Below are positions 31,357 to 32,000 of a DNA stretch of 32,000 nucleotides, piece by piece (within the stretch, counting starts at the first letter, position 1; every line of letters starts with the position of its first letter). Source of the stretch: Archaeoglobus fulgidus DSM 4304 (GTDB taxonomy: Archaea > Halobacteriota > Archaeoglobi > Archaeoglobales > Archaeoglobaceae); assembly GCF_000008665.1 (NCBI RefSeq), contig NC_000917.1, positions 2,010,001-2,042,000 on the forward strand, in the 5' to 3' direction. The notes under the pieces were generated by a model. The model did not search any database. It saw only the letters and a list, made by a program, of their open reading frames with translations, and was not told the origin of the DNA. The translations under genes were made by a program, and so were the position numbers.

Positions 31357-32000
31357 GTGGAGGCATCCCTTTACAGTAGAGTTGGGGACAAAGTGGTTTG
31401 CCAGCTATGCTGGAGATTCTGCAAGCTGGGGGATGGAGAGGAGGGACACTGCAGGGTGAGGAGAAACGAAGGGGGGAAAATTTTTACCACAACCTACGGC
31501 AAACTCAGCCACCTCGAAAGCAGACCGATCGAGATTAAGCCGTTCTTTCACTTCCTCCCCGGCTCCACCAGCATGACCTTCTCGACGTACTCGTGCAACT
31601 TTGACTGCCCCTGGTGCCAGAACTGGAGCATTTCCAAAGCAACCCCTCCGGAAGCGCTGAGGGAGACGAGCCCCGAAGAGGTGGTTGATTTGGCGCTGAT
31701 TATGGGGGATAAAAGTACCTGCGCAAGCCTGAACGAGCCGACCCTGCTTTACGAATACCTTCTTGACGTTTTCAGGCTTGCAAGGGAGAAGGGGCTGAAG
31801 AACACGATGGTCAGCAACGGCTACATGTCGATTTTAGCGTTGAAAAATTTGAAAAATGCTGGACTTGATGCTATAAACATTGACGTAAAGGGGGATGAGA
31901 GGGTTTACAGGGATTACTGCAATGCAGAAGTTGAGTATGTTTGGAGGGTGATCGAGAAAGCCACCAAACTGGGAATACATGTAGAGGTCGTTTGCCTGCT
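31357..32000 (+). CDS. Radical SAM enzyme, PFL-activase-like / AmmeMemoRadiSam-system type; the 3' end lies outside the window
   Basis: This gene is absent from the ORF track because it has no stop within the window. My translation from the GTG at 31357 reads VEASLYSRVGDKVVCQLCWRFCKLGDGEEGHCRVRRNEGG...YSCNFDCPWCQNW (CxxxCxxC)...NEPTLLYEY...MVSNGY. An in-frame TAG lies at 31336-31338. Confidence 0.85.
   Translation, partial: MEASLYSRVGDKVVCQLCWRFCKLGDGEEGHCRVRRNEGGKIFTTTYGKLSHLESRPIEIKPFFHFLPGSTSMTFSTYSCNFDCPWCQNWSISKATPPEALRETSPEEVVDLALIMGDKSTCASLNEPTLLYEYLLDVFRLAREKGLKNTMVSNGYMSILALKNLKNAGLDAINIDVKGDERVYRDYCNAEVEYVWRVIEKATKLGIHVEVVCL

Overview
This is a compact archaeal chromosomal segment. 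Several proteins match my memory of Archaeoglobus fulgidus sequences (TiaS, AlaRS, CofE, family-4 UDG, Hel308), but no database search was possible. I can support about 36 protein genes and 2 tRNAs (Lys-CUU, and an elongator-type CAU). I see no rRNA, CRISPR array, transposase or integrase. Most of the content is housekeeping: pyrC, argG, mobB, alaS, cofE, hisH, a DEAD-box helicase, an Mrp/ApbC ATPase, UDG and a beta-oxidation cluster. Nothing here looks like a clear new multi-gene system such as a defence island. The items most worth a second look are listed here in window order. (1) The Hel308 helicase gene is split by a clean 1-nt frameshift at about 1150. (2) A divergent Fe-S protein / Cys-pair permease / thioredoxin-fold CxxC module sits around a dense TTAAAC half-site array. 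(3) A decayed hicA-hicB-like remnant lies next to a tRNA. (4) The minus-strand operon taw1 - translin(C3PO-like) - tiaS has overlapping stop and start codons, and a CAU tRNA lies 1.6 kb downstream. (5) A two-gene hypothetical operon encodes a small protein with a histidine ladder at i, i+4, i+8, i+12. (6) A 29-aa hydrophobic ORF falls below the ORF-track threshold but has a correctly spaced TATA box. (7) Three divergent gene pairs have 48-49 bp intergenic regions, each with a single central AT box. More widely, 18 gene starts lie 18-23 nt from a TATA-like box, which implies leaderless mRNAs. (8) Six 20-bp-phased repeat units lie upstream of an ArsR/FilR1-like regulator that neighbours the beta-oxidation genes. 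All coordinates and spacings were counted by hand from the sequence. All family assignments come from motif recognition and need HMM or BLAST confirmation.
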